Source: Octopus sinensis (lineage: Eukaryota). Taken from it: DNA of 64,000 bases. A program made the translations under genes and the position numbers. Below, piece by piece: positions 52,461 through 64,000 of the stretch. The stretch is taken from assembly GCF_006345805.1 (NCBI RefSeq), contig NC_042997.1:52390001-52454000 (forward strand). Reading direction: 5' to 3'. The notes beneath the pieces were generated by a model that was not told the DNA's origin, searched no databases, and saw only the letters and a program-made list of their open reading frames with translations. Numbering within the stretch: position 1 is the stretch's first letter; every line of letters begins with the position of its first letter.

Positions 52461-52863
52461 AGGGATGACCACTAAGTGGACATCCAATATGCTAGGAGAA
52501 GATCACCTACAATCTAACTACAAAGAAAAGAATGTTCCCTAGAGAAATTCAGCAAACACCAGAACATAAGCGGGTAAGACAGATGAAAATATACAAAAAT
52601 ACAGAATTAATCATACACTAGTTGTCCTTATATTGAATTGGAACGATTGTACTGAAGAGTCCACGGATGATAATTACGTAAGTAATTTCAGTGATGGCGA
52701 AACCGGTCTACGATTAATTCTATATTTTTGTATATTTTCATCTGTCTTACCCGCTTATGTTCTGGTGTTTGCTGAATTTCTCTAGAGAACATTCTTTTCT
52801 TTGTAGTTAGATCATAGGTGATCTTCTCTTAGCATATTGGATGTTCACTTAGTGGTCATCCCT
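52461..52863. repeat. Fold-back element: 152-bp inverted arms around a 99-bp spacer containing a hammerhead
   Basis: 52461-52612 vs the reverse complement of 52712-52863, with about 6 mismatches by eye. Confidence 0.95.
52646..52714 (+). ncRNA. Type I hammerhead ribozyme motif (Penelope-like)
   Basis: Stem I ATTGTA/TACGAT, CTGAAGA core, stem II closed by G52659-C52698 with CCA/TGG and an extended aattac-gtaa-gtaatt hairpin, GAAA, palindromic stem III ACCGGT, GUC cleavage site after 52708. Confidence 0.82.
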
Positions 52864-52896
52864 TGTATATCTATATATATGTAAGGAAATGAGATG

Positions 52897-52984
52897 ACAA
52901 AGGAATAAATGATTATTTTATGAACTTCATTAGCTTACAGCTGGAAATTAATGAAATTCATAAGATAATCATTTATTCCTTTGT
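52897..52984. other. 36-bp stem hairpin with a 16-nt loop
   Basis: acaaaggaataaatgattattttatgaacttcatta pairs with taatgaaattcataagataatcatttattcctttgt (2 non-Watson-Crick positions). Confidence 0.9.
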
Positions 52985-53079
52985 TACTTCATTTTCTTAT
53001 CACTCTGTACTCAACTAACACTTCATTCTGAAGTATATGTATATTAAGTTCTACACCAGGTTACTAGTCTCGCAATGCT

Positions 53080-53656
53080 TAAGTGAAATAGTTGAAGGAA
53101 TCTGGGGTAGATGTAGACCCAGGAAGACATAGGATGAGGTGGTCAAGCATGACCTTCGAACGTTGGGCCTCACAGAGGCAATGACAAAAGACCGAGACCT
53201 CTGGAGATATGCTGTGACTGCTAAGACCCAACAAATGAAGTGAGTTCATGGCTCGCAGGATGGCCTGCTAAGCTTACTTGCTGTGCTTACCTCGCACGGC
53301 AACCTGCTGTGCTTGAGGAGACCTATTGAGTCAAGTAAATCAGCATCAAAATAAAAATCAAATGGAAATTGTAGTTGTGATACCCGTGTGCCGGTGGCAC
53401 ATAAAATACACCAACCGATCGTGGCCGTTGCCAGCCTTCTCTGGCTCATGTGCCAGTGGCACATAAAAAGCACCCACTACACTCATGGAGTGGTTGGCAT
53501 AAGGAAGGGCATCCAGCTGTAGAAACACTGCTAGATTAGACTGGAGCCTGGTGCAGCCTCCTGGCTTCCCAGACCCCAGTCAAACCATCCAACCTATGCT
53601 GGCATGGAAAACGGATGTTAAACGATAATGATGTTGATGATGATGATGATGATGAT
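53080..53656 (+). mobile_element. RTE LINE 3' end (C-terminus, 3' UTR, (GAT)n tail)
   Basis: RPRKT*DEVVKHDLRTLGLTEAMTKDRDLWRYAV followed by the 3' UTR family and a (gat)n tail. Confidence 0.9.
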
Positions 53657-55151
53657 ATATATACTCATGTTTTGAGTTCCATTTTCCTGTTTGCATTGCC
53701 AAACCTATACACACACACACACACACATATATATATACTAATGTTTTGAATTCCATTTTCCTGTTTGCATTCTCAAATATATATATATATATATATATAT
53801 ATGCCTTTCGTTTAACAGATGAGAGAAAGAATTCATAATACTTGCTGTATAATATATTTATTGTTATTTGTTTGAAACCTCAGATTCACTCCATTGTTAC
53901 ACGATGAGATCTTTCAGACAACAACAAGATAGTTGCTAGGAAGATCACATTGATAGAGAAATTCTGAGTAGCAAGAGATAGTCACCAGCTTAGAACAAGG
54001 ATGTATGCTTGTATATATGTGTTGTGTATGTGTGTGTGTGTGGGGGGGTTGTCTGTGTGTGAGCATGTGCATGCATATATATGTGTGTATATGTATATAT
54101 ATCATTGTCATCATAAATATGCATTGATGTGTGTGTGTGTGTGTGTGTGCATGCATGAACATATACTTGGAAATATGTTTTACTTTATTGGTATAGAATT
54201 TATTGAAACCAAGGCTGTTTATCTATCCTGTATCTTCTGCTTTTAATTAGCCTTTGATCTGCCATGCATTTCAATAACGATATCATTTATAGTAATAATT
54301 ATCCTAACAATAGCATAATTTCCTGCATATGTTAACCGTCTGTTTGTTTTGTATAATTCACTGAACATGACTGTATGTTTCATAGCTTATTAATTATCTT
54401 TTGCCTAACTAATTAAGAGACACAACTTAATGGTCTCTCTAAAAGAGAAACAACTTTTGTCTTGTTTCACAGTTCTGTCTTCATCTGTATTTTTTTTTTC
54501 TTTTTTCTTTGTTTCCATTTGTTTGATGTCTTCTGCTAATATTAAAATGATATATAACAACGCTGTGCAGAAGCCATTCTATCATCTGTTGGGGTTTTTT
54601 GTTTTAGAAATGTGCCAACAGACACAAAGTATCTGTGTATATATACATATATACATATATACACACACACACACAATGCACAAAAACAAATACTGTAGAT
54701 AAAAAGGTTGAGAATGGGCTGAGTGAATGGGCCTGTTCTTCATGCACCAGTAGACCAGAGTACACAGCTAGGATGGCGTTCGTGCTCTTATCAGCAAGGT
54801 TAATCTGAGATCAGTGAGATTTCACCACTGGCCCTTGGTAGCTGTCCCCATAATGGAACATTTCAATTGCATTCTGTTGTTTTTCATGCCTCTTTGCATA
54901 TACTCAGTTCCCACCAATTTTGTAATTGATTCTTATAATGGCCCTTCATCTGCCATCCTTGTGGAAAATAAAAGAAATAATCATTTTTGTTTTTGTCTAC
55001 TGTGAACAATCATGTTTTACTGTCCTTAAAATTACTACCTGCTTCTATAGCAAGTTGATGCAGGTAGTTTATCCCATCACCCTCTGACTTTAGTTCATGC
55101 AATTGAAAAAACCGCATTATTTATGGAACGACCCCATATATATTATATATA

Positions 55152-55348
55152 GTTAATCCAAACAAGAAAGCACAAAAAAACACAACAATGCGAGGACGTG
55201 GAACAAATATAGTATTATTGGATGCTCAGGAAAGAAGGAGGGTTTAACGTTTCGAGCGGAGCTCTTCATCAGAAACATAGGAGAAGAAAAGATCCAGAGA
55301 AGGGAAGACAGAGGAAAAAAATTCGCCAATGGTACACACGCGGTCACT
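55152..55348 (-). mobile_element. ~200-bp non-autonomous hammerhead-carrying element flanked by TA-rich sequence
   Basis: A CpG-retaining block between TA-rich flanks, with the hammerhead motif in its middle. Confidence 0.6.
55242..55276 (-). ncRNA. Minimal type I hammerhead motif (dimer-type)
   Basis: Minus strand reads GTTT-CTGATGA-A-GAGC-TCC-GCTC-GAAA-CG-T-T-AAAC: stem I GTTT/AAAC, stem II GAGC/GCTC, palindromic AACGTT stem III, GUU site. One extra A follows the core. Confidence 0.65.
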
Positions 55349-55369
55349 ATATATATATATATATATATA

Positions 55370-56230
55370 TGTGCATATTCGGCTTTATGAGTTCAATAAA
55401 GGCAACAACACAACAGAAAATGCAAGGAATATTAATGCAGTATATAGGGATCAGACATTAAGCGTCAGCCAGTGTCAACGGTTGTTTTAGAAATTCCGAG
55501 CCACAAACTACAGCCTAGAAGACAAGTCTCACAAACTTTCTGAGTCTAATCACGTGCAGAGAGTGAATGTGTGCTCTTCTTTGCTGTCATGTCTCATAAA
55601 TGAACCTGTTTTGGGACTGAATAGTGACTGGTGACAAGAAATGGGTTCCCTATAAAAATGTCAAGTGCCAAAGACAGTGGGTAGAGAAAGGAGAAACACC
55701 GGCACCCCATGCTAACGAAGGTCTTCATCTACATAAGGTGTTGTTTGGTGGGATATGAAAGGTTTAGTCCACTTTGAACTTTTAAACTCAAACCAAATGA
55801 TAACAAAGGAGATCTACTGCAAGCAGCTTGACTGGCTTAAATCAGCACTAGAAGAAAAATTACCATCTTTGGTTTCAAGACGAAAGGTGTTCTTCCATTA
55901 GGATAATGCTCAGCTACATACAGTGAGGATGACATTCCAAAGGCTGGAGTAGTTTGAATGGCAAACAATACCCCACCCACCATATTTGCCAGACATTGCC
56001 CCATTTGATTATCATTTATTCGACAGTCTGCAAAATCATTTGGACGGAAAAAATGTAGACAAGGTCAGAACAGTACTAGAGGATTATTTTAGAAGAGGGT
56101 CCTTGCAAGTCTACCAGATAGATGGAAGGGCAGTGTAGAAAATGAAGGAGAGTATATTTTAGATTAAACTTCATTTACCTTAATTTTGAAAAATAAAAAA
56201 AAACGCATTATTTATGGGATGACCCAATAT
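55370..56230 (+). mobile_element. mariner (DD34D) transposase relic with right TIR, internally deleted
   Basis: HIRLYEFNKGNN…QTLSVSQCQR…IVTGDKKWVPY…DNAQLH…HPPYLPDIAPFDYHLF, with 34 residues between the last two Asp. It ends aaaaacgcattatttatgggatgacccaata|TA. Confidence 0.9.
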
Positions 56231-56767
56231 ATATATGTATGTATGTGTGTGTGTGTATATATATATATAGATATATGTGCGTGTATATGTATATATATAT
56301 GTGTGTATGTATGTGTGTGTGTATATATATATATAGATATATGTGCATGTATATGTATATATATATATATATATATGTGTGTATGTATGTGTGTGTGTAT
56401 ATATATATCTTTTAAATTTGTTTACTGGAAACATTTGGAATATGCAAATAAAGCTCCTATTTCATCGTGCTGCCCACTGTCTAATGATGCTGACTAGTGA
56501 ATCAGTTTTTCAGGGTTGCATCAAGTACCAATATGATGTTGGATAAATATAATAATAGTAACAATAATCCTTGAATGAAATATACAAAATCACATTTCTC
56601 TTCATCATCCCAGGAATACAGGCTATGATCTTAAGAGACATGTGATTTGTGGAAACTCGTGTAAGCGTGATGCATTAAATGTCTATAAATTCCATCCAAA
56701 GATTATTGCTATTATTACTATATATCAATATATATATATGTATATATTATTACTATATATTTATATA

Positions 56768-56806
<39 letters not shown>

Positions 56807-57717
56807 AATTTATATATACTTTATTGTTAAAGCATATTACTCTACCTCCAGTATTCGAGTACTATCTTTTTCCTACTTTGTTTCACATTTATGTACTTAC
56901 TCTGGTGTATATGTGTGTGTGTCTTATATATAAATGGCAGAGAGGGGGTAGGTGGATTTTCTGATGTCAATCACAAAGAAACACTCACACACAGGCACAC
57001 ACACACACACACACACACACACATGCATACATATACACACGTATGTACATACATGTCTGTTATACACTATTTTAAACTCGTGATTACCTGTGTGTACGTT
57101 TGTAAATGTGTGTCAGTGTGCGTGTGTGTGTGTAACATCCTATAACTGTCTTCCCCTCTACTTTTGTACGGTCTTTCCTGTTGCTGTCACATATTGTGAG
57201 AATTAAAATTTTGTCAAAATTTTCAGATTTAGTATTTTGAAATAATTTTCCACATTAAGTCCAATTTTGCTATTTTTTTGTTCAAGAAAAATGCAGAAAA
57301 ATGTTACAGAGGTTTAAAGTTTAATCAGTTTTACCTAATCAGAAAACAGGATTTGGAAGCTGGCATTTTGTACATGATAGCTGCATGATAGCTGGCATTT
57401 TCTGCATGAGAGTTGTCTATCACAAAATGAAAGCAAAATTATTATTAGGAGGAATTTTTATTAAACAAACCAAAGCAAAGCATTATGATGACCAAAGTTG
57501 TAAGAACTGAAGTTTTAAGGAATATAGTGAAATGATCAAACAGACACAAAAATAATTTAAAAGGGGAAAAAAAAATCCTCAATGAAGATTTTTTGCAAAA
57601 AATTGCACAAATCTTTCCTGATCAAGAGGCCTATCTGTTGAGGAAGGCATAGAAAAAAAATTTATATAAGACATTCTATTGTAAAAATTGTCTGACAACG
57701 ACAAACTATTCAATTAG

Positions 57718-57754
<37 letters not shown>

Positions 57755-59222
57755 GAAGTTGATAAAAAGCAGAAGTCACTGTGTAGCAGTTATTATTTAC
57801 ACAAGAATGGATCTCCTCACCTCTCTGAAAGAGAAGCATCAATTCTTTCAATCAAACATATTTGCTTTAGATGCATAAATAATGAGGTCAGTGTGATTAA
57901 ATTTAAGTTAACTCATATGTAACAGGTGCAATCACCACACACACATGAGAATAGTTTTAACCAATGATCTCATTTTAACCAATCCAATTTTATTTTGAAT
58001 TCTCTGGAATTGTTCCTTCTCGCTTGAATCTTTGTTTCTTCTCCCACGCCATCTGTCCACAAATGCCTTTGCTTCATGAAACAAAATTGCTGAGTAGCGT
58101 TGCTACTACTAACACCTCAATCACCACCACCACCACCACCACTACTTCTAACAATGCCACCATCACCATGGCCATTAATGCATAATCAAAACATATTGGC
58201 TAGACAGTATGGCCACATTAGTCCTCTGAATTTGATAAAGCTTAATAAACAATTGTTTGAATGCCAGGAAAACATGGTAATTTAAAATTTCGTCTTGATT
58301 CTGAAACTGAGATAACGATCAGATCCTTAGTTATATGAAGTTTATGTATGAATGACGAGCTGAAATATAACAATGATCAGTGGGTGTTCACTCTGATGAG
58401 ATGGTCAGTCAAATGGTGCTGGTGATAGTAGTGGTGGTGGTGGTGGTATATGTGTGGGTGATTTATGTTTAATCCATAAGTTTTTCTTTGATGATTTTCT
58501 AGCTCTTGAATTAGTTAAGTACATATTTTTGTTGTTGCATTTGTTTGTCTTTTCAACGACAACAGCCAGTAATAAAAGCAATCCAGTTATAACCCTGCTA
58601 AGAGTATTGTTTTGAAAAGTTCAAGTAGCTTTTGTCTGTAAACAAGTTTTGGCAGATAGAGTGTTAAGTAAGCAAACACCTCTGTCTCTGGCTTGTTGAT
58701 CCACTTGGCCATCAGTGTTGCTTGTTAATGAAACTATGCAGAAGGGTACTTAGAAGTCTCTAAAAATGTATACATAACAATGTTGGTGTGTGTTTATGTG
58801 TGTAGCAATTCAATTCATAATCACTTTATCACACTGAAATACTCTAGATTGATATGGTGCTCTTTATCAGCAGTTGCAAAATGGTATTTGCTCTAATGTT
58901 ACACAGTCACCAGAATGTAATACTGTGTTTTTCTCCACATAACAAAGGGTTTCTATTTTGTTATGTAAATAAGGATTGCAAAATATTACTCGTAAATGGA
59001 GTGGTAGGGTAAATCCCTTAAATATTACAACTATGATATTTTTTCGGAGGACACGAGCATGGTTTTATAGAGAGAAAAAAAACTTGCTTCCCAACAATAT
59101 GATCTTGGGTTCAGTCCTATGTAGCACTCTGAGCAAGTGTCTTCCACTATAGCCCCAGGTTGTCTAAAGTCTTGTGAGTGGATTTGGTAGATTGAAGAAA
59201 CAAACTGAAAGAATCTCCCCTT

Positions 59223-59294
<72 letters not shown>

Positions 59295-59384
59295 CTACGA
59301 CTGGATACCCTTCCTAATGCCAACCACTCCAAGAGTGTGATGGGTGCTTTTTACATATCATATACATATATATATATATATCCA

Positions 59385-59645
59385 CATGCATAAATAAATA
59401 TATATATATATATATAATACTTGTATCCACATGCATATATATATATATATATATATAATATATATATACTTGTATCCACATGCATAAATATATATATATA
59501 TATATATATATACTTGTATCCACATGCATAAATATATATATTATATATATATATATATATATACTTGTATCCACATGCATAAATATATATATATATATTA
59601 TATATATACTTGTATCCACATGCATAAATATATATATATATATAT
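59385..59645. repeat. Compound minisatellite: (TA)n plus cttgtatccacatgcat, ~5-6 units
   Basis: Direct inspection. Confidence 0.9.
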
Positions 59646-59708
59646 AGGGAGAATTCACAAAAAAACAAAAGACGAAGATAGTGTAGATAACAAACAGATG
59701 TCTACACC

Positions 59709-59766
59709 TTAAAGGGTCTAGGCACTCGTTAAAGGGTCTAGGCACTTGTTAAAGGGTCTAGGCACT
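59709..59766. repeat. 20-bp tandem repeat x3 (ttaaagggtctaggcactYg)
   Basis: Direct inspection. Confidence 0.95.
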
Positions 59767-59779
59767 GTTTTTTTTTAAG

Positions 59780-60040
59780 TTTGGGACTTATTCTATTTGT
59801 CTCTTTTGCCAAACTGCTAATGTACACAAACCAATACTGGTTGTCAAGCAATGAGGGAAAACACACACACACACACACACATATACATATGTGGTGGTTT
59901 TCATACAATTTCTGTCTCAAGATTCATTTGCAAGGCTGTAGTAGAAGACACTTGCCCAAGGTGCCACACAGTAGGACTGAACCTAGGATCACATATCACA
60001 TGTCAAAGTGAGTTTCTTAACCACACAGCCATGCCTACAC
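59780..60040 (-). mobile_element. Degenerate SINE family A; an inverted partner fragment lies at ~59070-59212 (+)
   Basis: gtagaagacacttgcccaaggtgccacacagtaggactgaacc…cttaaccacacagcc. Confidence 0.75.
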
Positions 60041-62694
60041 CTTCTGTTGCCCTTTTGTAAATTTTTTTTTGCAATTCTTACAGAATAGATATTATTGACC
60101 TCTCACACAAGAAGATATTTATTTTATGAGAAGAGGGCTTCTAGTCACATGATTCAACCCCTTTAACTTGCCGGTATTTATTTTGTCAACATCAAGAATA
60201 GTAGACCCAGATGTATTTATCAGGTAACTGAGAAGGATGAAATGAAATGCTATAACTTAGTGAGGCATTACACTATTGCATTGGGTTTCTCCGTAACTTT
60301 GTAGATCCTTATCTTACAGAAGAACATTTATTTACACAATCATAAAAGTAAGTATAATAAAAGGAACATTATATTGTATTTTCAAAAAATAAAGCAAACA
60401 CAATATTTAAAACTATGTTTTTAAGGTTCATTTTCCTTTGAACTTTTGCTAAGTTGTACATCATTCTGAAATTTGAGATCTTCCTCTCATTTATAGAATC
60501 CAGACATGGGTTCTTTAAATGTTGATGCTCCTTTGTGACATTTTTAACTCATTCTCTTGGAAGCTCCCTCAAGGATCCTTAATCATGATTATGCAAGATT
60601 TTGATTAATTCTAAAACTTTTAATGATATTCAAGACTCTAGAGGATTGAGTGGTCATGTCCCTCAAATCCATGGAAAGCAAGTTTCCAACTTTCACATCT
60701 GTTGTTAGTATGAGCTTCTTCATTATTAGTTGCATAATTGGAGTGGAAACATGAGGGGAATCCTTTTTAAACATACTGGGAAAAGTATTTCATAAAAAAA
60801 AAAAGAAAAGTTGGTGACGAGATAGGCCACCAAATATCAGAAATTTAGGTGCTGTTGAAATAACCCACTGGACATTCCAGTTCTTCAATATCATTTTATT
60901 TTCTATCAGATAATTCGTTTCAGTGGTTACTTCCACTGGTAGAAAAACCAGTACATCCAACAATGTTTCACTCCTGTTTAAAGAGAACAGCCTTAAATTT
61001 TGCACCTTTTTCCATGAAATTTGTACCTTTCTCAGATGGTAAAAACAACCACCATTTGACACCTGTAACCCCAGAACTGTAGAATTGGTAGCAGTGGGAA
61101 CTGGAATGAATCCTGGTTGTCTACAAACTCAGGCCTGATCTTTTGTAAAGCTCATTCACACTTGGTTGCCATGTGAATTGAAAACATTTTGAGAAAGTGA
61201 AAGAGTACTATCCTTAGAAAACTGTACTGTACTAATACATTTGTTTTTCAGTACACACTACATACATTATTTTGCTTGAAAACTACTCTGATAAAAGTAT
61301 TTGAAAAATTCTTGAGAAAACTTTAACCAGGAGTTTTTCTTCTTGTTTTGCACCTCACTGAAAGGGTCCTAGAGGTTTTTGACCCAACCTAATCAACCAG
61401 AATTATAACCAAAGGTATTACAACTGTAACCGTTCTCTACTTTAGTCATTGTGCATTTTTGTTTTTAAAGAAATTGATGTGATTTTGGGGCATTTGGTTG
61501 TTATTTCTAGTTGGTCATGGTTAACCCTGACTGAACTGCCTTTGATTTTAGGTCGTCAGTTCAATGATGACCATCCTGGAGCTAAACATCAACACCTACT
61601 TAGCAGTCCACTCCATTTTGCTCTAGGCTGGACTTATGACACAGAGGTAACTAATTAAAGGTTGAATACCCTGTGGACATGCTATTCAAAGAATTAAAAC
61701 TTAAGTTGTATTTTAAATCTTGAAGATAGTAAGAAAATTATTTGGGCCAGAATTTGGCTGATGCATTGGCATTGATTTTCTAGAAACCGTCTTGATATGT
61801 TTTTGTAAGAGAAAATTATTTAGTGTCAGTAGTTAATTACAAACATCTAATTCATTTTAGTTTCTGTAGATGATAAGAGTCAATTACCAATGAAATGTGC
61901 TTTTTTTTAAAAAAAAAGAAAGTGACTGAAATTGATTATTTGGACCAACTTCATTTAAAATATCAGCTTGAAGAGACTGTGGTCAGTAACCAAACTGTAA
62001 GAATAAACTCTGAAAACGTAACATCTTAGCTGGAAGAGCTGGTATTTTCATTCAGAAATGTCACCAGTAAATGTAGCTCTTTATGCAACATTACATATCT
62101 CCAAGAAAAAGTGTGTTATATTAAATAAACCTTGATCACATTTCTTTTATGATTCCGTTTGTTTTCCTTCCATGAATATAGTTTCTTCCTAATGTTGTTT
62201 GTCATGTGTCGTTCTCTTTACCAACCCTAGCTTTTCTTGTGTTTGGTTGTTGTCTTATTTTCTTTCGTTCTGTGTTTATTTTCAAGGATTTGTGGTTAAT
62301 ATATACTAAGGTTTCCTTCTATTTCATTTATCTTTCTTTTTTTTTTTTTTTTTTTTTTTTGTCTTCCCTTTCCTCTCTGTAAAAAGAAAAAAATGCTGGC
62401 TTATTAATTTAGCCTAAAGTGGGTACTCCCTTCTTGAATTTCAAAGCGAATTCTCCGCTTCCATTCTTCCCTTGATGAGGCAAAACAACAAGAAATTAAA
62501 AACTGGGGTAATCGAGTGTAGCCTGGAAATTACATTATTTCGCCTACTCCTCCTTCCATTCCGATTTTCTCTGCCACATATTCCTCTCACTTGTCTCTTC
62601 CTGCCTTTTCACCATCTTACAATGTTTCTTTCTCTTAGCTATTCATTTCTATCTCCTCAAACTCAAAGATTTAAAACTTTGACAACTTATTCCT

Positions 62695-62737
62695 TTATAT
62701 ATATATATTAAACATACAAATGCATACATATATATAA

Positions 62738-62779
<42 letters not shown>

Positions 62780-62811
62780 TATATATATTATATATATATA
62801 TATATATAAAT

Positions 62812-62881
<70 letters not shown>

Positions 62882-62882
62882 A

Positions 62883-62915
<33 letters not shown>

Positions 62916-62948
62916 AATACTACATATATATATATATATATATATATA

Positions 62949-62990
<42 letters not shown>
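62695..62990. repeat. Long (TA)n-rich microsatellite
   Basis: Direct inspection. Confidence 0.97.
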
Positions 62991-62993
<3 letters not shown>

Positions 62994-64000
62994 CTCCTTT
63001 ATCTTTCTTAATCTTCATATTCTTTTCTTCTTTTCCTCTTGGTTTTCATGTTATTTTACACACTGGAGACAAAATACACACTCTCGCTCACAATAAAACA
63101 AACACAAACACACACACACACACACAACTTCCTTTCCCTCACTGCATCCAGCATGATATTCAAAAACATTGAAATGCTGTAACAGCATTGTGGTGTCTAT
63201 GATTTATCTCCATTACCAGTGTCTCTCTATAAGAGTCACTTCCTTCTCTATATCCTTATCTTCCCCCCCCCCTTTTTTTTTCTTCTTCTGTAACACTTTC
63301 CTGCCGCTCACATGCCTTTCTCCTTTAAGCATAGCCATTAGGTATTATATACTGTTGATAGGTGGCTGTGGTGAAGAAAGTCGATAACGATTATTTTAGT
63401 TGACAACTAGTATTTGAACTCTCTCTCTCTCACACTCTCTTATGTGCGTACATTCAATAGAAAAGAAAGAGGGGAAAATTTTGATTTATAGAAACAAACC
63501 CCGGTTAATCTGTTCCATTATGACCATACAGTTTCTCACTGTAGCACAAAGCTTTCTTGTAAAAGCAACAAGCGCAAAGAACAAGCTGTAACTGCCAAAT
63601 ACCTTTTCCATTCTTCCTCTTTTGACCATAGAACTGACCCAAAGTAAGACTTCTTTGTCTTAAGAAAAATTACTGTTATGATAACCTTATATGTTGGTTA
63701 TCATGCATATATTGAAACAGTGTGCTCCTGTTATGATTTAAACTTTTTGATGAGAAAAACAGATGATTCTGAATGTCATAGGTGGTTCTGCTAACTGGCA
63801 GTACAGTCTACTTCAATTTACCAGTTAGCCATGTGCCGACTACATTTCCTTTTCTTTGGATTTCCTAGTTTTTTTTTGTTTTTTTTTTTGTTGAATGTGT
63901 ATGCTCAGGAAATTACAGATTAAAGGTAGTCTTTGTAATTAACATGTTATTTTGATTACTGATGATCTATTTTAGAAGATAAATCTGAATAACTAACAAA

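Noticed and set aside
54700-54968. Minus frame interrupted only by three TGA codons (possible selenoprotein or readthrough)
   Set aside because: No selenoprotein motif or SECIS was recognised, and the pattern is compatible with chance.
60860-61065. Minus-strand fragments GVKWWLFLPSE (JmjC-like) and ECPVGYFNST (Cys-rich-like)
   Set aside because: Short motifs in stop-interrupted frames, not supportable.
62030-62062. CTGGAAGA…CAGAAATGTC hammerhead-like relic
   Set aside because: The core is altered and stems I and II do not pair convincingly.

Overview
AT-rich, microsatellite-dense animal genomic DNA. Its repeat families resemble, from memory rather than a database search, those of coleoid cephalopods, probably Octopus. 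No host protein-coding gene can be identified with confidence, and most ORFs in the track are microsatellite or antisense artefacts. The window is mostly transposon debris: many RTE-clade LINE fragments and (GAT)n-tailed 3' ends, a CR1/L2-like relic, at least four tRNA-derived SINE families, a 5S rRNA-derived segment fused to a SINE tail, a Tc1 relic with DD36E spacing, a DD34D mariner relic, TTAA-flanked piggyBac-like MITEs, a TA-flanked Tc1/pogo MITE and two Helitron families. The most notable signal is three sequence-unrelated type I hammerhead ribozyme motifs (36833-36896 +, 52646-52714 +, 55242-55276 -), each with a palindromic stem III. One sits at the centre of a 152-bp fold-back, and decayed relics and further hairpins occur elsewhere. 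This architecture suggests Penelope-like or retrozyme-like elements. Several plus-strand exon candidates, including a 12-nt microexon, hint at a long-intron host gene but are unverified.
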